DNA of 64,000 nucleotides from an uncultured Verrucomicrobiota bacterium (GTDB lineage Bacteria > Verrucomicrobiota > Verrucomicrobiia > Limisphaerales > J093): positions 233 to 64,232 of the forward strand of contig CAYXPA010000007.1 in assembly GCA_964466945.1 (NCBI GenBank), in the 5' to 3' direction. Positions within the stretch are counted from its first letter, which is position 1; each line of letters opens with the position of its first letter. The notes beneath the pieces are model-generated. The model was not told where the DNA came from. It did no database searches and was given only the letters and a program-made list of their open reading frames with translations. Made by a program: the position numbers and the translations under genes. Below, piece after piece: positions 28,309 through 39,047 of this stretch.

Positions 28309-29564
28309 ACCTGTGGGGCACACTGCTGGCCAAGGACCTCCGCCGGGTGACCCGGAATCCCTGGCCCTGGCTCATCCACCTGGCCCTGCCGCTGGCCATC
28401 ACCGCGTTGCTCGGGCTGGCGTTTGGTCGCGGGGACGCTTCGGGCACGGAATTGGGACGCATCCGTTTCGCGTTGGTGGACGAGGATGACTCGGCCCTCA
28501 GCCGGCTCCTGCGCGGCGGCCTGGGCCAGGGCGAAGGCGGCAAGTACCTTGAACCGGTGGTGCTGGACCGCGCCACGGCGCTGGCCCGCCTGCAAGCCGA
28601 CGAACTGGCGGCCGTGGTCGTGCTCCCGCGGCATTTCACCCGCGATTACCTCACCGGTCGGGCGCCGGTCACGCTCGAGCTGATCAAGAATCCGGCCCGG
28701 TCCATTCAGCCCGCCGTGCTCGAGGAACTGCTGGGCGCGCTGGTCACCGGCCTCAACGCGCTGGCGCGCAACCTGGCCGCCGAATTCCCCGCCTGGCGCG
28801 CCGCGCTCGAGGAGGGCGCCGACTACCGCCGCGTGGCCGACCTGATCGTGCGCACCGGCGAAAAGCTCGACACGCTGCGGCGGTATCTGGACCCGCCGCT
28901 GATCAACTACATCCGCGAAGTCCGCCCCGGCGAGGCCAAAGCCGGGCGGGCGCTGAACCTGTTCGGTTACCTCCTGGCCGGATTGGGCACGATGTTTCTG
29001 CTGTTTCAAGCCAACACCGCGATGGGCGATCTGTACCGCGAGGTGGCCGGCCGGACCTTCGCGCGCTATCACACGCTGCACGCGCGCCTGAGTCCGTTTC
29101 TGGCCGCCAAGGGGCTGTTTGTGATGGTCATGGTGCTGGCGGGCGCGGCCATCCTGCTGGGCGGGGGTGCCCGGCTCTTCGGCATCCGCTGGCAGCATCC
29201 CGGCACCCTGGCGCTGCTGGTTTTCGGCTATGCGGTGTTCGCCGCGGGCTACACGGCCCTGTTTGCGGCGCTGGTCCCGGAGGCCCGCGCCGCCGATGCC
29301 CTGAGCAACCTCGTGGGCATGGCGCTGGGGCTGGCCGGAGGGTGCGCGTTTCCGCCGCAGGCGCTGCCCGCGTTTCTGCGCGAGCACATCACCCCGCTGC
29401 TGCCCACCGCCTGGCTGGCCGAGGGCATCCGCGAACTCGAGTTCGGCAGCGCGCCGGTGGACTGGCCGTGGATTCTGCTCCGGCTGACGGCGCTGGGCGC
29501 GGGGCTGCTGGGCCTGGCGGCGTGGCGGTTCCGGCGGCGGTTCGCGCGCGGGCAAATGCTCTGA
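28305..29564 (+). CDS. ABC-2 type exporter permease
   Basis: N-terminal TM, large extracytoplasmic loop (ALVDEDDS), C-terminal TM bundle with LGLAGGCAFP. Confidence 0.88.
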
Positions 29565-29570
29565 AAGTCC

Positions 29571-30701
29571 ATGAACGCCGCCCTGGTCATCGGCCACAAC
29601 GACCTGCGGGTGTTTCTCCGCACGCGCCTGGCCTGGGTCTGGCTGTTTATCGTGCCGCTGGCCTTTGTGTATTTCATGGGCTTCGCCAACCGCGCCCCGG
29701 GCGACCCCGCCAACCCGCGTCCGCCCGTGCAGGTCGAGAACCACGACTCGGGCCTGCTGAGCCGCGTGTTGCTCGAGGAGCTGGGCGCGCAGGGCATGCA
29801 GGTGGTGGACCCCGCCCGGGGCGGCGCGACCCGCGGATTGCGCATCCCGCCGGATTTCACGGCGCGGGTGCTCCGCCACGAACCGGCCCGCGTGGAGTTT
29901 TTCCAGGTCGAGGGCTCCGGCGCGGGCGAAGCGGCGTTGATCGAGCTGCGCCTGGTGCGCACGATCATCGCCCTCAACTCGCACCTGATCGAACTGGTCA
30001 CGAGCCGGGGCGAAGCGGCGTTGACGAATGCCGCCGCGTGGGAAGCGGTGCGCGCCCGCGAAAACCCGGTGCGGTTGGACGCGCGTTTCGCCGGGCGCAA
30101 GCCGGTGCCGGCCGGATTCAGCTTCTCGCTGCCGGGCAACCTGGTGATGTACCTGATGATGAACCTGACGGTGTTCGGCGGGGCGACGCTGGCGGCGGAG
30201 CGGCGCAACGGGGTGTTGCGGCGTTGCCGCGCGCAGGCGGTGCGCCGGGGCGAGTTGGTGGCGGGCAAACTGTACGGGCTGCTCCTGTTGGGAGCGGTGC
30301 AGACCGCGTTTTTGCAGCTGATCGGCCGGTTCGTTTTCGGCGTGCCGCTGGGCGCGAACCTGCCGGCGGTGCTGGTCACGTTGCTGGTGTTTGCCTGGGT
30401 GGCGGCCGCGTTGGGCGTGCTGGCCGGCAGCACGGTGACGAGCGAAGACCGCGTGGTGGGCCTGTGCGTGCTGGCCAGCATGTTGATGGCGGCGCTGGGC
30501 GGGTGCTGGTGGCCGTTGGAGCTGGCGCCGGCCTGGCTGCGCACCGCGGCCCACGTTTTCCCCACCGGCTGGGCCATGGACGCGCTGCATCAACTGATCA
30601 GCTTCGGCGCGGGCTGGGCCGCCGTGGCGAAACCGCTGGGCGTGCTGGCGGCCTTCGGCACGGCCGCCACCGTGCTGGCCGCGCGCGGGTTTCGCGCGTG
30701 A
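29571..30701 (+). CDS. ABC-2 type exporter permease
   Basis: Same architecture; ERRNGVLRR, LGGCWWPLE, FPTGWAMDA. Confidence 0.9.
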   Translation: MNAALVIGHNDLRVFLRTRLAWVWLFIVPLAFVYFMGFANRAPGDPANPRPPVQVENHDSGLLSRVLLEELGAQGMQVVDPARGGATRGLRIPPDFTARVLRHEPARVEFFQVEGSGAGEAALIELRLVRTIIALNSHLIELVTSRGEAALTNAAAWEAVRARENPVRLDARFAGRKPVPAGFSFSLPGNLVMYLMMNLTVFGGATLAAERRNGVLRRCRAQAVRRGELVAGKLYGLLLLGAVQTAFLQLIGRFVFGVPLGANLPAVLVTLLVFAWVAAALGVLAGSTVTSEDRVVGLCVLASMLMAALGGCWWPLELAPAWLRTAAHVFPTGWAMDALHQLISFGAGWAAVAKPLGVLAAFGTAATVLAARGFRA

Positions 30702-30813
30702 GCGTTCCGCCCGGACCGCGTGCGCTCTCCGGGCCGTGCGGTTTTTTCGGGTTCAGTTTCCGCGTGCCGCGCGGCAAACTGGCCGACCGCGCCGACGCAC
30801 GAGTCGGCGGATC

Positions 30814-32958
30814 ATGGCAAAACGACGCAAAAACCCCTCGAGTCAACCGGAACTGCCCGTGATGGGCTCGCCCGAGGCGCCGCCCGCGGCGGGCCAGCCG
30901 CCGGCGCAGGCCCCGGCGGCGCCGGCATCCGGCAACGGCGAGCAGCACGTCCAGGCCGAGGCCGTGCCCACACCGCCGGGCGGGACGCCGCGGCCGTTTG
31001 ACCCGAAGCGGGTCGAGGCGCCGCTGCACCGGCGCGTGGACCGCAATTTCCTGGACTACGCCTCGTACGTCATCCGCGACCGCGCCATCCCGAACCTGGC
31101 CGACGGGCTCAAGCCGGTGCAGCGGCGCATCCTCTGGGCGATGCACCTGAGCGACGACGGCCGGTTTACCAAGGTGGCCAACGTGGTGGGCGACACGATG
31201 AAGTTCCACCCGCACGGCGACGCGGCCATCGGGGAGGCGCTGGTCGTGCTGGCCAACAAGCGCTACCTCATCGAGGGTCAGGGCAATTTCGGCAACCTCT
31301 TCACCGGCGATCCCCCGGCGGCGCCGCGCTACATCGAGTGCCGGCTCACCGAGCTGGCGCGCACCGAGCTGTTCCACGACGAGATCACCGAGTTCGTGCC
31401 CAGCTACGACGGGCGCAACCGCGAGCCGGTCGCCCTGCCCAGCAAACTGCCCCTGGCGTTGATGCTCGGCACCGAGGGCATTGCCGTGGGCCTGGCCGCG
31501 CGCATCTTGCCGCACAATTTCCCCGAGCTGCTCCGCGCGCAGATCGCCATCCTGCAAAACCAGCCCTTCAAGTGCCTGCCGGACTTTCCCACCGGCGGCC
31601 TGATGGACGCCCGCGACTACCGCGACGGCCGCGGCACGGTAAAGGTGCGCGCCCGCATCCGGGTCAAGGACGAGTCCACCGTGGTCATCACGGAAATCCC
31701 GCCCACCACCACCACCGAGTCGCTCATCGCTTCGATCGAGGACGCCGCCCGCCAGGGCAAGATCAAGGTGCGCTCGGTCAGCGACTTCACCTCCGACGCG
31801 GTCGAGATCGAGGTCAAGGCCCCGCCGGGCGTGGACCCGGAGCGCCTGGTGGACGCGCTCTACGCCTTCACCGACTGCGAGGTCACGCTGACCAGCCGCA
31901 TCATCGTCATCCGCGACCACCGGCCGGTGGAGCTCACGGTGAGCGAGGTCCTGCGCCACAACACCGAGCAACTGGTGGCCGTCCTCAAGCGCGAGCTCGA
32001 GCTCAAGGCGCAAAAACTCCAGGACGAACTGCACTTCCGCACCCTCGAACGCATCTTCATCGAGGAGCGGCTCTATCAGCGCCTGGAGACCTGCAAGACC
32101 AACGAGGCGGTCTTCGCCGCGGTGTACGCCGGCTTCAAACCGTTCGCCCGCGAACTGGTCCGGCCACTTTCCGACGCCGACGTCGAACGCCTGCTCCAGG
32201 TGCGCATCCGCCGCATCTCGCTCTTCGACATCGCCCAGCACCGCGCCGAACTCGAGCGGGTGAAGGCGGAGCTGGCCGAGACGAGGCGGCACCTCAAAAA
32301 CCTGGTCGCCTACGCCATCCGCCACCTCGAGGGCCTGCTGGAAAAATACGGCCCGCTCTACCCGCGCCGCACCCGGAGCAGCCGGCACGATGAGATTGAC
32401 GCGCGCGAGGTGGCCTTCAAGGCCTTCAAGGTCGCCTACGACCGCGAAAGCGGCTACCTGGGCCACAAGGTCAACGGCGAGGAGTTCAAGACCGAGTGCA
32501 CGCGCTACGACCGCCTCCTGCTGGTCTTCCGCGACGGCCGCTACAAGGTCATCGAACTGCCGGAGAAACTCTTTGTCGGGCCGGACCTCGTTTACGCCGG
32601 GCTGCCGGAGCGGGACCGCGTGTTCACCCTCGCCTACAGCACCCGCGACGCGGTGTACCTCAAGCGTTTCACCTTTGGCGGGACCATCCTCGACAAGGAA
32701 TACACCTGCGTGCCCCCGGGCGAAAAATGCCGCGTGCACTTCCTCGCTCCCGACACCCCGGCCACGCTCTACATCCGCTACAAGCCGGCGCCACGGCAAA
32801 AGATCAACCAACAGACCTGCGCCCCCGGCGAGATCGAAGTGCGCGGCCCCAAGACGCGCGGCCGGCAAATCTCGATCAAGGAAGTGGCCAGCATCACCGC
32901 CGAACCCACGCGCGGCTGGGACCCCGAAGCGCCCACCACCCGGGTGGTGCTGGTCTGA
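30814..32958 (+). CDS. parC: DNA topoisomerase IV subunit A (ParC/GyrA family)
   Basis: YASYVIRDRAIP..DGLKPVQRRIL, FHPHGD, GQGNFG, catalytic AAPRYIE; short C-terminal domain without a recognisable GyrA box. Confidence 0.88.
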   Translation: MAKRRKNPSSQPELPVMGSPEAPPAAGQPPAQAPAAPASGNGEQHVQAEAVPTPPGGTPRPFDPKRVEAPLHRRVDRNFLDYASYVIRDRAIPNLADGLKPVQRRILWAMHLSDDGRFTKVANVVGDTMKFHPHGDAAIGEALVVLANKRYLIEGQGNFGNLFTGDPPAAPRYIECRLTELARTELFHDEITEFVPSYDGRNREPVALPSKLPLALMLGTEGIAVGLAARILPHNFPELLRAQIAILQNQPFKCLPDFPTGGLMDARDYRDGRGTVKVRARIRVKDESTVVITEIPPTTTTESLIASIEDAARQGKIKVRSVSDFTSDAVEIEVKAPPGVDPERLVDALYAFTDCEVTLTSRIIVIRDHRPVELTVSEVLRHNTEQLVAVLKRELELKAQKLQDELHFRTLERIFIEERLYQRLETCKTNEAVFAAVYAGFKPFARELVRPLSDADVERLLQVRIRRISLFDIAQHRAELERVKAELAETRRHLKNLVAYAIRHLEGLLEKYGPLYPRRTRSSRHDEIDAREVAFKAFKVAYDRESGYLGHKVNGEEFKTECTRYDRLLLVFRDGRYKVIELPEKLFVGPDLVYAGLPERDRVFTLAYSTRDAVYLKRFTFGGTILDKEYTCVPPGEKCRVHFLAPDTPATLYIRYKPAPRQKINQQTCAPGEIEVRGPKTRGRQISIKEVASITAEPTRGWDPEAPTTRVVLV

Positions 32959-32989
32959 GCCGGAACGACTCGGCGGGCTCCGGCGTGGC

Positions 32990-33410
32990 ACGGCTCATCT
33001 GGCCGCGGCCGGCCTACCTGGCCGTCCCCGGCGGCAACTTGCCGCCGACCGATCCGGGGAGCGCCCGCGCCTCGCGTGCGGCCGACGGCGCCCCCGCCGT
33101 CGGCCTCTTATCGCAGGCTGCCAGCCTGCCGTATCGCCGACTGCCAGTCGGCCCCGGCGGTCGGTACGCCGAGTGCCGGCGGGTTGGAAACCCGCGGTAC
33201 AGCAGACCAGAGGTCTGCGCTACGTCCGCACCCGGCGCCGCCTGTCCCAGCACCGGCCTCCGACCTCCGGTGTCTGGTATCCGGCCTCGGGCATCCGGCA
33301 TCCGAACCCGCCCCCCAGCGCCGGCCAGCCGGCGCACTCCATGCGCTTCGCGCGGTAGGGCGCCGCTGCGCCGGCGCCGCCCACCCGGCCGCGCCGCAGC
33401 GCGGCGGACC
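32990..33410. repeat. Composite REP array
   Basis: GGCGGCAACTTGCCGCC, TTGGAAAC module ending CTGCGCTAC, heptamers, GCACTCCA, GTAGGG doublet. Confidence 0.85.
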
Positions 33411-33583
33411 GAATCGTGCAGAGGTTGCCCTCACCCGAACCGTGGAGACAAGGCATTCCCGCCGGGCCTGGATGCTTGAGCGCCTTGAATTTCGGCGCCG
33501 TTGACTGAGCAAGATTAATTTCAGACTTGCCTCCGCACCGCCCGGCCCGAAAACTCGCCCTCGAACGTTAACCTCACCCTGCC

Positions 33584-35218
33584 ATGATTGCCTGGCCTAA
33601 ATCCAACGACGCCATCGGCTCCGCCAACCGCGGCAACCCCTGTGAATCCGGCCTGTGCACGCTCTGCCAGTCGGACTGCAAAGGCCGTTGTGAAACCTGG
33701 CTCGCCTCGTTGCGCGGGCGCGAGATTCTTTACCCGCGAGATTTCGGGGAGGTCACCGCGGGCGCCTCGAATCTATGCGCCGTGGGCGTAGGTTACCACA
33801 GCCTCCGCATCAACGGCTACGCCTACGGCGCGCGGGGCCTGAACGGCAACTGCGAGGCAGAGGCCTGTCTGTTCCCGAACGTCAACGTCGAAACCAGCTT
33901 CGGCGTGCACGTCCCCACCCGCTGCCGGTTGCCCCTCATGACCGGCGCGCTGGGCTCGACCTTTGTGGCGGCCAAGTACTGGAACGCCTTCGCCGTCGGC
34001 GCCGCGTTGTGCGGGTTCCCCATCGTAATCGGGGAAAACGTGGTGGGCGTGGACCGCGACTCGACCTTCCGCAACGGCCGGCTGACCTCCTCGCCCGAGC
34101 TGGACCGCCGCATCGCCATCTACCAGCGCTACCACGACGGTTACGGGGCGATCATCGTCCAGATGAACGTCGAGGACACCCGCAACGGCGTGGCCGAGTA
34201 CCTTATCGAGAAATACGGTGACCAGGTGGTCCTCGAGCTCAAGTGGGGTCAGGGCGCCAAAAACATCGGCGGCGAAATCCAGGTCACCTCCCTCGAATAC
34301 GCCCGCTTCCTGGCCGACCGCGGCTACATCCTCGACCCGGACCCCTACCGTCCCGAGGTCGAGCAGGCCTTCCGCGAGGGCGCCATCAAGGCCTTCGCCC
34401 GCCACAGCCGGCTGGGCGCCACGCACCTGCAAACCGAGGCGGCCGTGCGCGACGATTTCCTGAAAACCATCGCCCACCTGCGCCAACTGGGCTTCAAACG
34501 CATCTCCCTCAAGACCGGCAGCTACGGCATGGAAGCCCTGGCCATGGCCCTGCGTTACGCCGCCGAGACCGAACTGGACCTCTTGACCATTGACGGCTCC
34601 GGCGGCGGCACCGGCATGAGCCCCTGGAACATGATGGAACATTGGGGCATCCCTTCCCTGCCCCTGCACGCCAAGGCCTACGAGTATGCCACCCTGCTGC
34701 GCGCCCGCGGCTTTCGCGTACCGGACCTGGCCTTCGGCGGGGGCCTGGCCCGCGAGGACCACCTGTTCAAGGCGCTGGCCCTGGGCGCGCCGTTTGTGAA
34801 ACTGGTCTGCATGGGCCGCGCCCCCATGATCCCCGGCTTTCTGGGCAGCAACATCGAGGGCGCCCTCCGGCCCGAGCGCCGGGCGGACGTACACGGGCAC
34901 TGGGACACCCTCCCGGCCAGCGTCAAATGCTACGGCGAGAAACCCGAGGAAATCTTCATCTGCTGGGAAGAGGTCGCCGCCAAGGTCGGTCGCGAGGAGA
35001 TGAAACACATCCCTTGGGGCGCGGTGGCGCTCTACTGCTACGCCGACAAACTCAAGGCCGGGCTCCAACAATTCATGGCCGGCGCGCGCAAGTTCCGCCT
35101 CGCCGACCTCAGCCGCACCGATCTGCTCTCCGCCAACCGCGAGACCGCCGAGGTCACTGGCATCCCCTACCTGACCGACTGGCAGGACGACGTGGCCAAG
35201 ACCATTCTGACTTCCTGA
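33584..35218 (+). CDS. Stand-alone FMN-binding glutamate synthase family protein with N-terminal Cys cluster
   Basis: ELKWGQGAKNIGGE, IDGSGGGTGMSP, FGGGL, KALALGA; N-terminal CxxxxCxxCxxxCxxxC. Confidence 0.85.
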   Translation: MIAWPKSNDAIGSANRGNPCESGLCTLCQSDCKGRCETWLASLRGREILYPRDFGEVTAGASNLCAVGVGYHSLRINGYAYGARGLNGNCEAEACLFPNVNVETSFGVHVPTRCRLPLMTGALGSTFVAAKYWNAFAVGAALCGFPIVIGENVVGVDRDSTFRNGRLTSSPELDRRIAIYQRYHDGYGAIIVQMNVEDTRNGVAEYLIEKYGDQVVLELKWGQGAKNIGGEIQVTSLEYARFLADRGYILDPDPYRPEVEQAFREGAIKAFARHSRLGATHLQTEAAVRDDFLKTIAHLRQLGFKRISLKTGSYGMEALAMALRYAAETELDLLTIDGSGGGTGMSPWNMMEHWGIPSLPLHAKAYEYATLLRARGFRVPDLAFGGGLAREDHLFKALALGAPFVKLVCMGRAPMIPGFLGSNIEGALRPERRADVHGHWDTLPASVKCYGEKPEEIFICWEEVAAKVGREEMKHIPWGAVALYCYADKLKAGLQQFMAGARKFRLADLSRTDLLSANRETAEVTGIPYLTDWQDDVAKTILTS

Positions 35219-35388
35219 AAGGCCCGCCGCACGCAGGCCCAATGCGAAGGGCGCACTCGCTTTCCCACCGGGGGCATCTTGCGGATGGTGTTCCCGTATC
35301 TCTGAGCCCCTTCCCAAAGGCTCCCGTCCCGCGGCCGCTGCGACCACGGGACGGGATGTGCTTCACGCGGAAGTAACGGGGTGTCGTC

Positions 35389-38223
35389 CTATGGCGAGAT
35401 CATGGGCGGGTCGGTGGTTTGACCCAGGGGGTCTTCCGCCCAGACCAGCGCCTGACCTTTCACCGTGATGATTGCCGCCACGCACGTGGTGGTACCCGGC
35501 CGCGAAGAGGCGGTCGAGGCTTTGCTGATGCGAACAACGTCCCCGTACTTGAAGGGCCCGGCCTTGAAGCCCGGCGTGCCGGTATCACCGACCCAGATTT
35601 TCAGTTGCATCCGCCCGAAGCAATCACTCGAAGCGGTCAACTCCCGATAATACCGCGCCAGGTTCGAGCACTTGTTCGTCGGGACGGAATTCACCTGCGG
35701 TGGTGCACAACGAGGGGTAGCCTCCACTTCGTTGGACTGGCACAACTCGTCCCCATTGAGGGCCGTGGGCCGGACCACGTAGTAGTAGGTGGTGTGGGAG
35801 ACAACCGAACCGTCGTCATACGCGGTGCCGGGCACCGTGGCGATCCACAGGTAGGGTCCTCCGGCAACGGTGCCGCGGTACACGTTGTAGGCGGCCGCGC
35901 CGGGCTGAACTGTCCAGGTCAGCTTGACGAGCTTGCCGGCAACGGTGGCAGTCAGTTGCACACACGCGCACGCGGGATCAGTCGCGGCCAGAACATGCAC
36001 TTCCGCCCGCGCCGTGGAGGAAAGGTCTCCCTGACCACTGCTGGGGAAGGAGGTGGCCGTGGTGTCGGTCACGCGCAGTTGCACCAGGTAGTCTCCCGGA
36101 CCTGCCGCCTCGAACCAGGCCGTCACGTCCGGTGTCGGGCCGAAGGCGTCGTCGAACTGCCCGTCTCCATCGAGATCCCAGGCGTATTCCTGGATGGTGT
36201 CACCCGGCTTGCCGGGTTCGCTGCGGCCCTCGTCCGGGTTGCGGGACCAGCGCCCGTCCAAGAACCAGGGTTTCGCCTGCGGGCAGAAGACATACGGGCC
36301 GTCGGCATCTGCGGTTGGGGCCACGGGAGGCTCGGTGATGCGCACCACCAAGATGGTCTCAGCCGACTTTTCCGGCACCCCGTTGTCCGTAACGCGCAAG
36401 CGGACGGGATAATTGCCCACAGCGGCAAAAGTGGCCGCCACCACAGGACCGCTGGCATCCATGGTGCCGTCGCTGTCCAGGTCCCATTCCCACGAATCAA
36501 TAATCAGTCCCGGGGTCTGGTGATACGAGTCTGAACCGTCCAGGGTGATTACTTGGCCCGCCACCCCGGGGTTGGGAATGGCCTTGGCTACGGCCACCGG
36601 AGCCCCCGGGTCCACGATCGTGCGATTGAGCATCTGAATCGCCCAAGCCGTTTCGAAGGGATATTGGTCGCCGCTGGCGTTGTGGCCATACCAGTACCCC
36701 CAATAGGTCGCACCAAAAGACTGGTCGCCTACCAGCGTGCGCGCGACGCCGTCGGTGGGATCCCCCTTGCTCACCTGCGCGCCATACCAGTCCAGCGGCG
36801 GCACACCAGCCGTTTGGGAGCGCAACCATTTGATCGGAGTCGGATCTGGCGTGGCCGGGTCCTCGTCCCCGTCAAACGGATAGAGCAGCATGGACTTCAC
36901 AAACGACAGCAGCCCGTAGTAGTAGTCCTTGATGGCGTTTCCCGGGCCGCCGGTATTCCCAAACCGGTCGCGGATGAAGGTTTCGGCCTTGTCCCAGCTC
37001 GGTGCACCGGTGGGGCCGATCATCCCGCGGCCAATCCCGTCCATGACCATTTGCACCATGCCGGAGGGGGTCGTGGCATACGGCCCCCAAACGGTAGTAG
37101 TGCTGGTGTAACCAAACGCCCCGGCAGACGACCCGGTACCTACTTGGGTGTAAGCCAGCCAGGGCACGTTCCAGTTCTTTACCCACTGCGGCACGGTCAG
37201 ACCCCAGTTGCGCTCGGCTGGAATCATGCCGATGGCCGCCCATTGGCAGGCGGAGTTGTCGGGATATTGGTTGGCGCTGTAACGCCAGCCGCCTCCGGGG
37301 TTACCGTCATATTGAGCCCAAGCGTAGCCATCCACCATGTCCTGGATGATGTCCAGATAAGTCCGGCCCCGGATGCCCGGGTTGCTCCCCGAAGGAGCGG
37401 GTCCGGCAACGGCCACCGCCATGGGTGTGCCGCTGGCGATGATGGCATCCATCAACATGCCCCCTTGATAAAACGGGTAGCTGCTGTTGACGAAAACGCC
37501 GTAACCGTTCCCATTGCTGTCCGGATTCACGCCACCGGGGTACATCGGGTTCGACTGCATGCCGATGGTGGCGGCGTTCAAGTACTGAAAGAGCCGGCGC
37601 AGACCCCGCTGAACAGTCTCCGTGTACGGATTGTCGGGGCTGCCGCTTTCCAAATGGCCGTTCACCTCGAAGGCGTTCACGTTGGCCGCCCAGACACTGG
37701 GCCATCCGGAATACACGTAGCCCCCGTATTTACTCTGCGCCCAGTCCCCGACATCAACGCCGTCCACCACCAGTCGGCGCTGGGTCTTGTGGAGGTACCA
37801 CAGGCCTTCATCAATGGCCACGTTCACCTCGAACGGCAGTTCCTGCGGCTCGAGCTTGATGAAGTACGGCTTGCTGGCGCTCTCGCCCGTGGTCTTGTCC
37901 CGTACCGTCAGCCGGGCGGTGAAAATGGTCCCGACCGGACCGCTGTAGGCGTGGCGGGCTTCGACCACGTATTGGTCGGACACGGTGCCGACCGCGGGGG
38001 GAGACCCGTCACCGAAGTCCCAAATCCACTCGAAGTTGGCGCCCTGCTGATCGCAGGTGCCCTTGAGCGTGATCAATTTACCGTCATACGTGTCGTGCGG
38101 TATCAGCGGATTGCTGGCAACCCAGGGCACCACTTTGACTGTCGGCATTACAGCCTGCGTCGTGGCGCACATGACTCCCAGGGCGGCCAAGGTGGACAAA
38201 AAAGAAGCGTATTTGGCTTTCAT
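35389..38223 (-). CDS. Secreted multidomain protein: PKD, prenyltransferase/squalene-cyclase-like repeat region, two PKD domains, Fn3-like domain
   Basis: Signal peptide; WDFGDGS and YAWDLDGDG PKD motifs; GGWRY..DNSACQWA and GAFGY repeats; VKLTW..YNVYRG..YYYVV Fn3. Confidence 0.75.
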   Translation of the reverse strand: MKAKYASFLSTLAALGVMCATTQAVMPTVKVVPWVASNPLIPHDTYDGKLITLKGTCDQQGANFEWIWDFGDGSPPAVGTVSDQYVVEARHAYSGPVGTIFTARLTVRDKTTGESASKPYFIKLEPQELPFEVNVAIDEGLWYLHKTQRRLVVDGVDVGDWAQSKYGGYVYSGWPSVWAANVNAFEVNGHLESGSPDNPYTETVQRGLRRLFQYLNAATIGMQSNPMYPGGVNPDSNGNGYGVFVNSSYPFYQGGMLMDAIIASGTPMAVAVAGPAPSGSNPGIRGRTYLDIIQDMVDGYAWAQYDGNPGGGWRYSANQYPDNSACQWAAIGMIPAERNWGLTVPQWVKNWNVPWLAYTQVGTGSSAGAFGYTSTTTVWGPYATTPSGMVQMVMDGIGRGMIGPTGAPSWDKAETFIRDRFGNTGGPGNAIKDYYYGLLSFVKSMLLYPFDGDEDPATPDPTPIKWLRSQTAGVPPLDWYGAQVSKGDPTDGVARTLVGDQSFGATYWGYWYGHNASGDQYPFETAWAIQMLNRTIVDPGAPVAVAKAIPNPGVAGQVITLDGSDSYHQTPGLIIDSWEWDLDSDGTMDASGPVVAATFAAVGNYPVRLRVTDNGVPEKSAETILVVRITEPPVAPTADADGPYVFCPQAKPWFLDGRWSRNPDEGRSEPGKPGDTIQEYAWDLDGDGQFDDAFGPTPDVTAWFEAAGPGDYLVQLRVTDTTATSFPSSGQGDLSSTARAEVHVLAATDPACACVQLTATVAGKLVKLTWTVQPGAAAYNVYRGTVAGGPYLWIATVPGTAYDDGSVVSHTTYYYVVRPTALNGDELCQSNEVEATPRCAPPQVNSVPTNKCSNLARYYRELTASSDCFGRMQLKIWVGDTGTPGFKAGPFKYGDVVRISKASTASSRPGTTTCVAAIITVKGQALVWAEDPLGQTTDPPMISP

Positions 38224-38387
38224 GGTGTTTCGTTTCGCGGTTGGGCCGGAAACCGGGCACTGGCTCGGCGTCCAGCCAATTTGGGGTTTTTTCAGTTCAA
38301 GAAACAGCCGGACCGCCGGCGTACTGCTTCAACACCCTGTCCACCTTGGCTGAGGCAAAGAGCCGGCTTTGGCCGGCACAATCAAGG

Positions 38388-39047
38388 TCACAACAAGGCT
38401 CGCCTCATTCCCGCCAGGGCGCACAAGCCCAGACACAATTCCAGCGCACCAAACCCCGCGTCCGGGACACCGACCCCGTTGATCATAAACTCCCCAACGG
38501 CAAAGCCATCCGAGCTTCCCGGGTCTTGCGTAACCCGGATTGTGATCAGCGGATCGCTGGTATCGTCGGTGTAAAAACCGAAATAGCTCGCACCCCCTTT
38601 ACCTTCGATTTGTGTGGTCACTGAGGCTGAGGCCGATTGAACGGTGAATGTAAACGGACCAAAAAGGTTGGGCTCGACGTATAGCGAGAACGCGTATGTC
38701 TCCGATGGCAACGTCAAGGTAAGTGCGTCACCAGCGGTGTAGTAAACGCTTCCCGAGTAACCATGACTCCACGTCGCCCACCACGAGCCCACCTTGAGGT
38801 GTTCCAGTTCGACATCGAATGTGAGTTTCCCCGAGCCGGCAAAGCCGGACGGGGGTGTCAGTTCTGTCAGCATGGTGCCCTCGGCCGACGGGTCATCGAG
38901 GAACGCAGTCATGGAGTAGCCTCCCAAGGTTGCCGGAGGACTTCCCGTTCCAGGTGAGGTATCCACGATGACCCGCGCCGCACACAGGGGGCAGGCACAC
39001 AGGCCCACGGTCCAAAGACCGGGTTTCACGAACTGTCTTTTCTTCAT
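38388..39047 (-). CDS. Exosortase-target surface protein with VPDSG-type (VPDAG) C-terminal sorting signal
   Basis: Signal peptide; ends GVPDAG-hydrophobic helix-MRRALL. Confidence 0.8.
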   Translation of the reverse strand: MKKRQFVKPGLWTVGLCACPLCAARVIVDTSPGTGSPPATLGGYSMTAFLDDPSAEGTMLTELTPPSGFAGSGKLTFDVELEHLKVGSWWATWSHGYSGSVYYTAGDALTLTLPSETYAFSLYVEPNLFGPFTFTVQSASASVTTQIEGKGGASYFGFYTDDTSDPLITIRVTQDPGSSDGFAVGEFMINGVGVPDAGFGALELCLGLCALAGMRRALL

